Source: a virus. From it: a stretch of DNA of 63,279 bases. This document shows positions 18,352 through 26,700 of this stretch, one piece after another. Position 1 is the first letter of the stretch. Each line of letters begins with the position of its first letter. A program made the translations under genes and the position numbers. The stretch lies in the IMG/VR virus record IMGVR_UViG_3300009415_000003. One strand, given 5' to 3'. Below the pieces are notes generated by a model that saw only the letters and a program-made list of their open reading frames with translations, ran no database searches and was not told where the DNA came from.

Positions 18352-19608
18352 CTATTTTTGAATTTTTTCAATAGTCTTCCAGCCACCTAAGTACATGTTA
18401 GGTCTTACTATTCCGACAAATAATAGTGAGTACGATAACCAAGTCCACTTGCCATACCAATCACTTGAAATGTCATTGTTCCGTTGGAACATCAAAGCAA
18501 CTTGATCACCATTAGCAGTCGTATTTTCTGGATCATCTGGGCTACTTCTGAATGAAGTACCAAACTGCCAGTTATTACTAATGTCCACTTCTGCATGAAG
18601 TGTTTGAGTTTTCAAGCATTCATCCCATGTACAACTGTGGTGATTCGGCACCACTGGAATTCTGTTTTCAAAATATAAGACTGGACCAACACCTGCTACA
18701 TCTCTATATGTCCAACATGTACCATTAGTAGCAACTGATTTGTTTTCTTTTCTCTGAGCCGCTTGTGCAAGTCTGTAAAGTGGGTATGATAATCTGGTGA
18801 CTACTGCACCGCTTGTACCTGTACCTGGATCTATGCCAGAATCAAAAGCATATTGAAGCTCTGGAGTTCCTTTCTCCATAACCCAACATCTTAGCCATTC
18901 TCCAAAGTCGCCTTGATATTCGCCCTTGACAAAATCAATTTTATTGCAATCAATGAAGTCTTCACACCACATATTAGCGTGACCTTCTCCAGCCATTCTA
19001 CGAGCTTGCGCTCTCATCCCTTCACATGAATTGACTGTCTGTTCAAATCTCTTTTTCTTTTCGGCTGTTATGTTTTCAGCCCAAAGATCCTCAGTATTGA
19101 TCTTATCAATATCATAAGATCCAGCATTGAATAGAGTCGTCTTTAATGCTCTAATGACCATTGAGACTGCTTCAGTCTGGTGCAGACTAAATATCTCATT
19201 TCCTTCTTGTGTTAGATTGACATCACCGCCTGAATACGATAACATATGGTCATAGCAATCATCTAACATCCAAGCATCATAACATTGTTGAAGCTTAATG
19301 TAGACTGGACATCCATCACCATAATTTCTTCTATCAGTTCCGATTGCCCCTGATGGAGTAGTCTTACAGTTCTTGTGAGGTCTAACGATAAGCGTATCAC
19401 CATTGACATCATGTATGTAGAACTTACCACGCTTATTAACTTGGACGTGTCCAAACATATTGAAAGCATCGTTATACTTCTGCATCGGGTCTACATAAGC
19501 GTATCGCTCTAAGTAGTGTACATCACTCTTAGTGTAGACTATGTTTCTACCCCTGCCCTCTTCAATGATTGAAGTAGGTATAATGGGCTTCTGTTGAATA
19601 TCTGCCAT
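18352..19608 (-). CDS. Probable major capsid protein
   Basis: 418-aa ORF starting 4 nt after the protease/scaffold gene. Size and position are typical of an HK97-fold capsid protein. About 14 Cys by hand count. There is no motif-level proof. Confidence 0.6.
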   Translation of the reverse strand: MADIQQKPIIPTSIIEEGRGRNIVYTKSDVHYLERYAYVDPMQKYNDAFNMFGHVQVNKRGKFYIHDVNGDTLIVRPHKNCKTTPSGAIGTDRRNYGDGCPVYIKLQQCYDAWMLDDCYDHMLSYSGGDVNLTQEGNEIFSLHQTEAVSMVIRALKTTLFNAGSYDIDKINTEDLWAENITAEKKKRFEQTVNSCEGMRAQARRMAGEGHANMWCEDFIDCNKIDFVKGEYQGDFGEWLRCWVMEKGTPELQYAFDSGIDPGTGTSGAVVTRLSYPLYRLAQAAQRKENKSVATNGTCWTYRDVAGVGPVLYFENRIPVVPNHHSCTWDECLKTQTLHAEVDISNNWQFGTSFRSSPDDPENTTANGDQVALMFQRNNDISSDWYGKWTWLSYSLLFVGIVRPNMYLGGWKTIEKIQK

Positions 19609-19611
19609 ATC

Positions 19612-20694
19612 TTATTGATTGTTATGCTTTCTCGCAGCTTCTATGTTCGCTAATAGGTCATTCTGGAATGCTGAGCCTATAGATCTCATAGCCTCTTTTG
19701 GATCTTTTCCATTTCCTGTAGGTGTAGGTTTGCCTTCAATCTTTGCTGTCAGCTCAACTATCTTCTCGTCTCGCTTAGTCAGCTCTTTATTGACTTCCTT
19801 TTTGTAGTCATCCATAGCCTTGGCGATCGTAGGCGCAAATCTTTTTGTTATCGCATTGACGATATCATCTTGATTGACAATCTGATCAGCTTTAGCGTAA
19901 GGCTTTAAAGAGTTCTCAATTTGAGCTTTGACCGTTTCGGGGATGGCCTCTTGAACTTGGTTTGCTACCAGTTCTTTTATATCGTGGTTTTCTATGTGTT
20001 CTTTGATCTGATCTACAGAGCTAAGTCCCATCCACTGTGCAACTTTTTCTAAAATGCTATTTTCTGCCATGTTTGGCTTTTTTTGATTATTAATTTTAGG
20101 AGCTATGCCGTGTGCTTTCTTATAAGCGGCGATAGCCATTTTCTTTTCATTCTGTTTTCTGGAAGTGGTCTTGATGATGTTGTCTACAAAACCGAGTTCT
20201 TTGGCTTCTTGTGCTGTAATGATTTCTTCACTATCTCCAGCGTCGAGAAGCTTTTCAATTTTGCTTTTACCAAGCCCTGTCTTTTTTCTGTAGATACCAA
20301 TGATGACATCATTAGCTCTTTGGATTTCTTTTGTATCATCGTCTGAACCGTCTACATAAGAAGCTCTATGAATAAAGTAGTCGCTGTTTTCTGTAATGTT
20401 TACGATCTGACAAGCACAAGCTATAATGGTAGCAGCTGATCCAGCTAACCCGTAAATGTTCGCTGTAGCTTCTACGCCTTTGCTAATTAAGTATTCGTAA
20501 ACAGCAATCGCTTCTACATAAGAACCGCCTCCTGAAAAAATATTGAGGATGAGATTAATATCATCTTTGAAATAGGATAGGTAACTAATTAAGTCACCAG
20601 CTGTAAAATCATATCCAATGTAACCATGAATTGTGATTTCCAATATCCCATCATCTAGATGGTTTAATTCTATCTTTTTAGCTTTGTCTACCAT
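19612..20694 (-). CDS. ClpP/S14-like prohead protease fused to scaffold-like C-terminal region
   Basis: 360 aa. The N-terminal half ..LNIFSGGGSYVEAIAVYEYL..IYGLAGSAATIIACA..FIHRASY matches the ClpP-type head maturation protease pattern (G-x-A-x-S-A-A). The C-terminal half is helical and Lys/Glu-rich. Confidence 0.8.
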   Translation of the reverse strand: MVDKAKKIELNHLDDGILEITIHGYIGYDFTAGDLISYLSYFKDDINLILNIFSGGGSYVEAIAVYEYLISKGVEATANIYGLAGSAATIIACACQIVNITENSDYFIHRASYVDGSDDDTKEIQRANDVIIGIYRKKTGLGKSKIEKLLDAGDSEEIITAQEAKELGFVDNIIKTTSRKQNEKKMAIAAYKKAHGIAPKINNQKKPNMAENSILEKVAQWMGLSSVDQIKEHIENHDIKELVANQVQEAIPETVKAQIENSLKPYAKADQIVNQDDIVNAITKRFAPTIAKAMDDYKKEVNKELTKRDEKIVELTAKIEGKPTPTGNGKDPKEAMRSIGSAFQNDLLANIEAARKHNNQ

Positions 20695-20784
20695 CCTCGT
20701 ATGTCAATACATACAAAGATTATCTAATATGTTATTAATGTATAACTTTGATAAAGTCTAAGGTAACGCTATGGAGTTACGTTA

Positions 20785-20940
20785 CTATATTCGCTTAGAA
20801 GATTTGCGAAGTCCGCATAGTTTCTGAGATACGTAAGCTGAAATTTTAAAATGGTCTCTGATCTTTTTCCAGCCCCACCCGTTACAAACTCTTTTATGAT
20901 TTGCTGGAATAGCGACTAACTGATCATAAGGAATGACCAT
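20785..20940 (-). CDS. Small hypothetical protein (ATG-initiated part of a longer start-less open frame)
   Basis: 51 codons from an ATG (MVIPYDQLVAIPANHKRVCNGWGWKK...). The same frame stays open upstream to ~21075, where it overlaps the end of 21069..21449. Confidence 0.4.
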   Translation of the reverse strand: MVIPYDQLVAIPANHKRVCNGWGWKKIRDHFKISAYVSQKLCGLRKSSKRI

Positions 20941-21068
20941 TAAAGTGTTGAGTTTCTTTTCTGGAATATCGAATACTGAGTCTATGTTGTCACCAGTAAA
21001 CCAATTCCATATATCAATGATTGCTTTTGGTTTGTCTATGATCTCACGTTTTATTAGTTCTTCTTTTT

Positions 21069-21449
21069 TCAGAGTCGACCGTTTTCTAATCCGTATTTAA
21101 TCCATTCCATTGCCGCTACTTGTGTATAGCTACATGTCCCACAACTGGACATGACTTTATTCTTAATCACTAAGTCTTTGATAACTGGATAGTTCTTTTC
21201 TTCGTATGCTTTGAGTAGCTCAAATTGCTGATCATCTGAAAGTTTGCTCCAATCCCATTCTCCTGGAAATCGGTCTGCTTTCTTCTTTTTGCTTTTTCGA
21301 TCTTTGAGCTTTAATATAGGAATACCGTCTAAGTCTGATTCTTTTTTGTAAGGTAGTATGATTTGTTTAGCCCATCTCTTTGCCCTGATGGCTTGAAATC
21401 TTGTGAGGTTCTTTTCTATTCTATTGCCTGATATAAGTGCATAGGGCAT
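21069..21449 (-). CDS. Hypothetical protein
   Basis: 126-aa ORF with a consensus -7 promoter box 5 nt upstream of its ATG. Confidence 0.7.
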   Translation of the reverse strand: MPYALISGNRIEKNLTRFQAIRAKRWAKQIILPYKKESDLDGIPILKLKDRKSKKKKADRFPGEWDWSKLSDDQQFELLKAYEEKNYPVIKDLVIKNKVMSSCGTCSYTQVAAMEWIKYGLENGRL

Positions 21450-21454
21450 TATTG

Positions 21455-21462
21455 CAAATATA
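21455..21462 (-). promoter_or_regulatory. Bacteroidota -7 promoter box TATATTTG
   Basis: The reverse complement of caaatata is TATATTTG (consensus TAnnTTTG). It ends 5 nt before the ATG at 21449, implying a leaderless or near-leaderless mRNA. Confidence 0.5.
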
Positions 21463-21571
21463 CAGAAAAATTGTAATACGTTAAGATTGTATTATTTATT
21501 TCAAAAGCGATTCTCTATTTTTGTAACTGTATGCTTTTAATTTACTGGTTTTCAATTAGTTAGGCCGGAAA

Positions 21572-21699
21572 CGTTATATATGAATTATAAGTAATAGGAC
21601 TCGACCCCTTTTCAATAGGTTAATGCAGTTACTTTGCCGACATTTTCACTGCAATAGTTTGCTGAGTATGTCCTACTACTTATAATATTACATATGACG
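21572..21699 (-). repeat. Long imperfect inverted repeat (29/30-nt arms, 69-nt spacer); candidate structured RNA
   Basis: Arms 21572-21600 and 21670-21699 pair over ~29 bp. Two arm mismatches are G.U pairs only in the - strand transcript. The spacer contains an inner hairpin UGCAGU...ACUGCA. Confidence 0.6.
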
Positions 21700-21791
21700 C
21701 TATATTTTTACTTTTTAAAAAGGTAAATCCTCCGATATTGGCTTTTGTTTTAAAGACTCTTTTTGCCAGAAGTGATAAAACTTAATAGAAC

Positions 21792-22082
21792 CTATCGCCT
21801 ACCCACATTTCGGGTTTCGCTACCACCTTTTGGGGATGGTTTTACTTTTACGGGCTTTTCATTAACTTTCTCTAATTGCTCAATGTCTAAGTAGACAGTC
21901 TCTGGATACTCTCCATCTTTAACCATTTTACATTTAAGCCCTAACTGTATGCATCCATTAAGATGTTTTAGTTTAGCCACACAAACACCCTCAAAACCTG
22001 TTACTTTACATTTTAATTTGTCTCCTAATTTCATACTTTTTACTAATTTATAATTTGATTGTGGAATATTGCCCTCCCACAA
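21792..22082 (-). CDS. Hypothetical small protein
   Basis: The ORF-track start is TTG at 22082. The first ATG at 22034 gives 80 aa (MKLGDKLKCKVTGFEGVCVAKLKHLNGC...), so the start is uncertain. Confidence 0.6.
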   Translation of the reverse strand: MWEGNIPQSNYKLVKSMKLGDKLKCKVTGFEGVCVAKLKHLNGCIQLGLKCKMVKDGEYPETVYLDIEQLEKVNEKPVKVKPSPKGGSETRNVGRR

Positions 22083-22116
22083 ATAAGGTCTACTAAGTTT
22101 ATCACCGAGCCATTAT

Positions 22117-22206
22117 AAAGAATCCCTCATGGTGCGTTGATATAATCTCTCTACCACACTTCTCCACGGACATGCAGGTGACTTACTCTAATCGAAGGGA
22201 CTCTTT
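22117..22206 (-). terminator. Large-loop GC-rich hairpin, terminator-like
   Basis: 11-bp closing stem (22117-22127 with 22196-22206; one pair is G.U on the - strand only) around a 68-nt interior, followed by UUUAUAAU. It begins 23 nt after the stop at 22229. Confidence 0.45.
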
Positions 22207-22228
22207 AAAATACCGCATATCAGAGAAT

Positions 22229-22537
22229 TTAATCACTAGCATTCGTTTCGACAATTTCAAAATCATCAGAGCTTGTAAAGAAATCTTCATCGGTAACATT
22301 GACCTCATCGTTTACTTTCGTAGCCGAGCCTTTTACATCTGACCAATTCATATTGTTTAATAACCAGTCGATCCCTTCAAAGTCATCATCCATTACATAA
22401 TTTACTTCACCTATGTACTCAGCAGTTCCTTTTTTAAAATCTTCTTGTTCACCATAATAGTCTGCTCGATTTTCGGCTACTAATTTTAGTGGTAATTGAA
22501 ATTGTCCTTTAGGTGTGTTTACTTGAATTACTTTCAT
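22229..22537 (-). CDS. Highly acidic small protein
   Basis: 102 aa with about 23 Asp/Glu against about 9 Lys/Arg by hand count, and an acidic C-terminal tail DEDFFTSSDDFEIVETNASD. Confidence 0.7.
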   Translation of the reverse strand: MKVIQVNTPKGQFQLPLKLVAENRADYYGEQEDFKKGTAEYIGEVNYVMDDDFEGIDWLLNNMNWSDVKGSATKVNDEVNVTDEDFFTSSDDFEIVETNASD

Positions 22538-22612
22538 TGTATATTAAAAATTTTAATTTCAAAATCCGTGATTAAACTCTCGATATGCAGTGTACATTAT
22601 AAACAATAAAAT

Positions 22613-22771
22613 TTAATATTCCTCAAACTTTAAAGCGATTGGGTCAAACGCATAACTAAGGTAATCTTCATAACAATCAAAAGTTATCCATCCTCTTTTT
22701 TCAGTCTTAACCCAATCTCCACGTTTTACCCACCTAACTAATTTTAGGTTATCTATTAAGTTTTGTATCAT
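22613..22771 (-). CDS. Small hypothetical protein (start revised to internal ATG)
   Basis: The track ORF begins at TTG 22918 and would read through a terminator-like hairpin. The ATG at 22771 gives 52 aa (MIQNLIDNLKLVRWVKRGDW...). Confidence 0.5.
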   Translation of the reverse strand: MIQNLIDNLKLVRWVKRGDWVKTEKRGWITFDCYEDYLSYAFDPIALKFEEY

Positions 22772-22783
22772 CCAATTGTTAGA

Positions 22784-22842
22784 GTTAAAAACGGCCTGCG
22801 AGCTGTCATTACACACAACCGAAGTGAGGTATCTCGCAGACC
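22784..22842 (-). terminator. Large-loop GC-rich hairpin, terminator-like
   Basis: On the - strand, GGUCUGCGAG-(30 nt)-CUCGCAGGCC (one U.G pair) is followed by GUUUUUAAC. Confidence 0.5.
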
Positions 22843-22942
22843 TAATTCTTAATAATATTTTTTTGAAGTAGGCTATATGTAACGACAAGACTAATATACA
22901 ACAAAATTGTATATACAAAAGAAATGTAATTTATAATTTTAC

Positions 22943-22950
22943 TATCTTTG
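22943..22950 (+). promoter_or_regulatory. -7 promoter box TATCTTTG for the tRNA
   Basis: Matches TAnnTTTG and ends 3 nt before tRNA position 1. Confidence 0.5.
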
Positions 22951-22953
22951 TTC

Positions 22954-23026
22954 CGCAGGGTGAAGCAGTTGGTAGCTTGTCGGGCTCATAACCCGAAGGT
23001 CGTTGGTTCGAGTCCAGCCCCTGCAA
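22954..23026 (+). tRNA. tRNA-fMet(CAU): Initiator-type tRNA-Met (anticodon CAU)
   Basis: Hand-folded cloverleaf: acceptor CGCAGGG/CCCUGCA with a C1.A72 mismatch, D arm AAGC-AGUUGGUA-GCUU, anticodon arm UCGGG-CUCAUAA-CCCGA with three consecutive G-C pairs next to the loop, variable AGGUC, T arm GUUGG-UUCGAGU-CCAGC, discriminator A. It is close to E. coli tRNA-fMet. No CCA is encoded. Confidence 0.9.
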
Positions 23027-23050
23027 CTATCATAGATTTGTATTTTTATT

Positions 23051-23085
23051 CCCTGTCCACTGGTACTGGATAGGGTTTTTATTTT
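23051..23085 (+). terminator. Intrinsic terminator after the tRNA (conserved hairpin, copy 1)
   Basis: CCCTGTCCA-CTGGTAC-TGGATAGGG followed by TTTTTATTTT. The G.T pair is tolerated only on the + strand. Confidence 0.7.
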
Positions 23086-23363
23086 GATCGATCTTTAAGT
23101 GCTTGGAATACTTCGCTTGGTCTGAATTTTGGATGACCATGCTCTCCTATGCCGACATAGTAAGCTTTGATTATTTCTTTCCGTCTCATGCCATCTATCG
23201 TGGATTCGGCACAATCTAAAAGATCTGCTAACTCTGATTTTCCGACAAGTCTTTCTGGATTACGTTGCTCTCTAAGTAAAAGAGATAGTTGATCAAATCT
23301 CTCATTTGTATTTTGCCTTAGAGCATTTAGATCATCAATCGTTGCTATGTTAATTTCTGCCAT
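23079..23363 (-). CDS. Excisionase/MerR-like helix-turn-helix DNA-binding protein
   Basis: Start revised to ATG 23363 (MAEINIATIDDL...), with a -7 box TATATTTG at 23380-23387. The segment SELADLLDCAESTIDGMRRKEIIKAYYVG..GHPKFRPSEV fits the HTH_17/excisionase-type motif. Confidence 0.6.
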   Translation of the reverse strand: MAEINIATIDDLNALRQNTNERFDQLSLLLREQRNPERLVGKSELADLLDCAESTIDGMRRKEIIKAYYVGIGEHGHPKFRPSEVFQALKDRSK

Positions 23364-23500
23364 AATATAAATTTTGAGGCAAATATATGGCAGGACTTTA
23401 AAGCGTACCAAAAGGTACTTTAGTACTCAAAAGTATTTTCTTTTAAAGTTTTGTTTGCTCCTTGAAATTGTATCATATGTTCTATTTCTGATACTGTATA

Positions 23501-23531
23501 CCCTGTCCTTTCTTATTGGATAGGGCTTTTT
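23501..23531 (+). terminator. Conserved hairpin, copy 2 (+ strand terminator-like)
   Basis: CCCTGTCC-(9 nt)-GGATAGGG followed by CTTTTTAATT. The arms are identical to those at 23051-23075, but the loop differs. Confidence 0.5.
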
Positions 23532-23781
23532 AATTAGCCTTAAAGTGCCCTACCATATCCAAATATTCAAACCATTTTTTTCTCAATAGATCATATTCAG
23601 CTTTAATGAACACCTCAGCACCTGATTTAAACATTAGATAACAATCATCTGGATCATCGGTCGCGCTGACACCTAATATTTCAGAGAATAAGAAAGAAGC
23701 TTTTTTATACATTTTTTCATCTGAGTAATATTCATTTTCGATCAGTATCTCACAAGTTAGAATAGGTATTTGTTTCATCAT
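23530..23781 (-). CDS. Hypothetical small protein
   Basis: 83-aa ORF whose start overlaps the stop of the 1197-aa gene. Confidence 0.65.
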   Translation of the reverse strand: MMKQIPILTCEILIENEYYSDEKMYKKASFLFSEILGVSATDDPDDCYLMFKSGAEVFIKAEYDLLRKKWFEYLDMVGHFKAN

Positions 23782-26700
23782 TAGCCTTGAGGTCTTGGGT
23801 CAAATGTTGGTTTTGTATGAGGATCACCACCAGCTATGAATGGAGAATGATAGTAAGAATATAGAATGCACTCACATCCAGGTTTGCTAAGAATCCCAAT
23901 ATACCATATTTTCAACTGATCATCGAAGGGCAATGTTTCGGGTCCATAGATAGGATAGCTGCATTTTATTTCTTCCTTGATCTCATTGTCTATGATCGGA
24001 GTTTCTTGTGTTAGACCAAATGGTATCACATTAGGGTCTGTAAATCCTTTCATTTGATACCATACGACTTTACGCTCACATTTCTCAGAAAATTGATATA
24101 GGCAGTCTATACATTCGCCTTGTACGTCGCAGCAGCATTGATTAGGCTTTACTCTCGTTAGTGGCTCTAATAATATAAAAGGCTTACATGGATCTTGCCA
24201 GCTGATCTCTAAAGTTTCTAATGTGAACGTGTCACCTGTGTCTAAACAGATAGGGTCTGATTGTGCGCTTAATCCATCAGCTGCGATATTGAAATTGATA
24301 GCACCTACATTAGTGGTAGCTTCTATCTCATCAATCATACTTTGAATATCACCTTCAATAAATACCGTGAAGCATGGTCTACACTGATCATCGTATTCAC
24401 ATTCTATCCTTATTTCTGGACTGTTGCCACAAGGGTCTTTAGTAATTATTTTTTTTACGCTTGGGCATGGTTCACAATCACAATCTGTGGTTCCTGAACT
24501 TTGCAAGATGATCACCGTATTTATATCTTGTCCAAATTCTCTGATGGTGTAAGTGCCCCCACCTGTATGGGTACATCCATTATCTTCTACTACGATGTCT
24601 ACTGGAAATCCATGAACATTAGAGTTGGTACCTGACTGTCCATTGACTCCATTTGTCCCATTAACCGTATTGCCGTCCACTGTAGCGACTATCGACCCTG
24701 CTACGAATAACTGCCACGTCAATTGATTATTAGTTAAGTCAGCGACAAAGTTAGCCTGCAACGATCCACATTCTGGACATTCACAGTCATCATATTCGTA
24801 ATCTACTGCCATACTAAGTTTGACTGGGCAATCTAAATCACAGATTTGAGCTGAAATATTAGATGTAGGTGTTGCTTCCTGCCATATCGCTTCACCTGTA
24901 TTAGGGTCAACTTCTGATGTCAATCCTCCATTCCCATCATCAACTAATAAGCAGTATTCAAATAGTGCCATCGATGGGATAGAATTATTGATACCACCTA
25001 ACATAAGAATCAAACAACCGTCAACAACTTCGCAGTCTATTTCTGGAAAGTTCTCACAGATTACAGGGTCTACATTACCACCGTTTCCAGTTGGCCTATC
25101 AACACAAATTCCTAAGACTTGATTAGGGCTATTGAGCGTTAGTGTTGTGCGCTCTGTGCATAGATTATTCTGAATTGTGTCTATAAACCCATAGTATTGA
25201 AATCCTTTATAACTGATCGTCGTCAGCTTTCGCTTATCTATTTTAAAAAGATCAGCGCAACATAAATGTAATTGAAATGTCACTTTGTTAGTCAAGAACC
25301 GCCCGACAAATTCACGACCGATGTATTTAGTCCAAAGTTCCTCTTCATGGTCTCCATAGACAATAGCGCAATCTTCTGGATTTATACCCGGTAATCCTAC
25401 ATTTTCACCATCTAACAATTGATAGAATGATGGGATTCCTGATATCTGATCTCCACACCAATTGATAGAGGCTTCACCAATAACATTCCCAAATTCATCT
25501 AAATATTCTTGAGTTGGGACATAATAACCTATCCCAATTCTCCAACAAATATCATAACTGATCTTTTGATTTCCTTCACTGTCTGGAGCATTGTCTGTTA
25601 AGCATGTCAAGTGGGCTGGAAGCACTTCATCATTCACTCCAAAAGAATGGCTAAAGACTTCTGTTAAAACCGTAGGCTCAATACACTTGTTTCGATCTTC
25701 ATTGCATCCATCTTGAAAGCCTGCGCCGAAATCTATTTTCTTATCGTATGGTTGGTCTAAGTCTTGATATCTTGAATCTGTCGTAATACATGGATCGCTA
25801 CTTTTTTTGAATCCTCTGATTTGGCATTTCTGTTGGAATTTCTCTAAAGCTCTATTGTTTAGACTGTCCTTAATTACATAATCGCTTAGGTCTTGCTGTT
25901 CATCTTCTTTATAGTGTCCATCCAATCCATCTACGTCAAAAGCAGGTCTAATGTCTAATACTCTGCTTCCTGACTTCCAATCTATCTTGGAGCCTGTCAT
26001 GTGCGCTAATGACTCTGTTAAATCATAGATTGTTTTATTACAATCTAATGTTTGAGACATTTGGATGATATCACCTTCACAGTATTTTAATCTTTTGGGT
26101 ACGCTTGTTACGCAACTATATTGTAATGTCATTTCAATTCCCAATACATTTGGGTCTGTCTCATATTTACCCTGAACACAATATTTTAGCCTAAATAAAA
26201 GACACTCTTCGAAAGAACTATGATTTTTAAATAAATCACACCCAACAGTAACTTTTCCTGAAACAATCATATATCTATTATTAGTAGGATCGTCTATGAA
26301 AGAAGTTTGTGTGCTGATGTCGTCGCTTGCAATAACAGATGATATACTATATGATAATGACTGTGATATTGTTTTATTTGTGGTTAGATAAGCTTCTGCA
26401 AAAACATTTATACTGTCTATTGTTTTAATACCTTTTATCACTCTAAGCCTATATTCAAAACAATAATCTGCTACAATACATGGATCTATTTTTATAGAAT
26501 TTCCTTGTATTTGTAAATTTGGATCAAGCTCAACATTTAAAGGAACTTCGAAAAACTTGCAACCTAATTCTGCTCCGAGTTCAGGAGCTGACAATGGTAA
26601 ATCTGAATGGCTAAAAGTTGTCTCTTTTGAACTTGCTTTTAGTTTATAGTTTTCTAAATTTATATTTGCGTTGCCTCCAAAACTTTTATCTGATAAATAC

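Noticed and set aside
22906-22917. Perfect 12-bp palindrome TTGTATATACAA between the tRNA promoter and the - strand genes, with looser TTGTA...TACAA pairs near 55440
   Set aside because: AT-only palindromes of this size are expected by chance in this composition, and there is only one perfect copy. Noted but not called as an operator.
23079-23363. Excisionase-like HTH next to a tRNA as evidence for a lysogeny/integration module
   Set aside because: No integrase, recombinase or repressor of CI size exists anywhere in the 63-kb unit. The tRNA is a full gene with its own promoter and terminator, not an att fragment.
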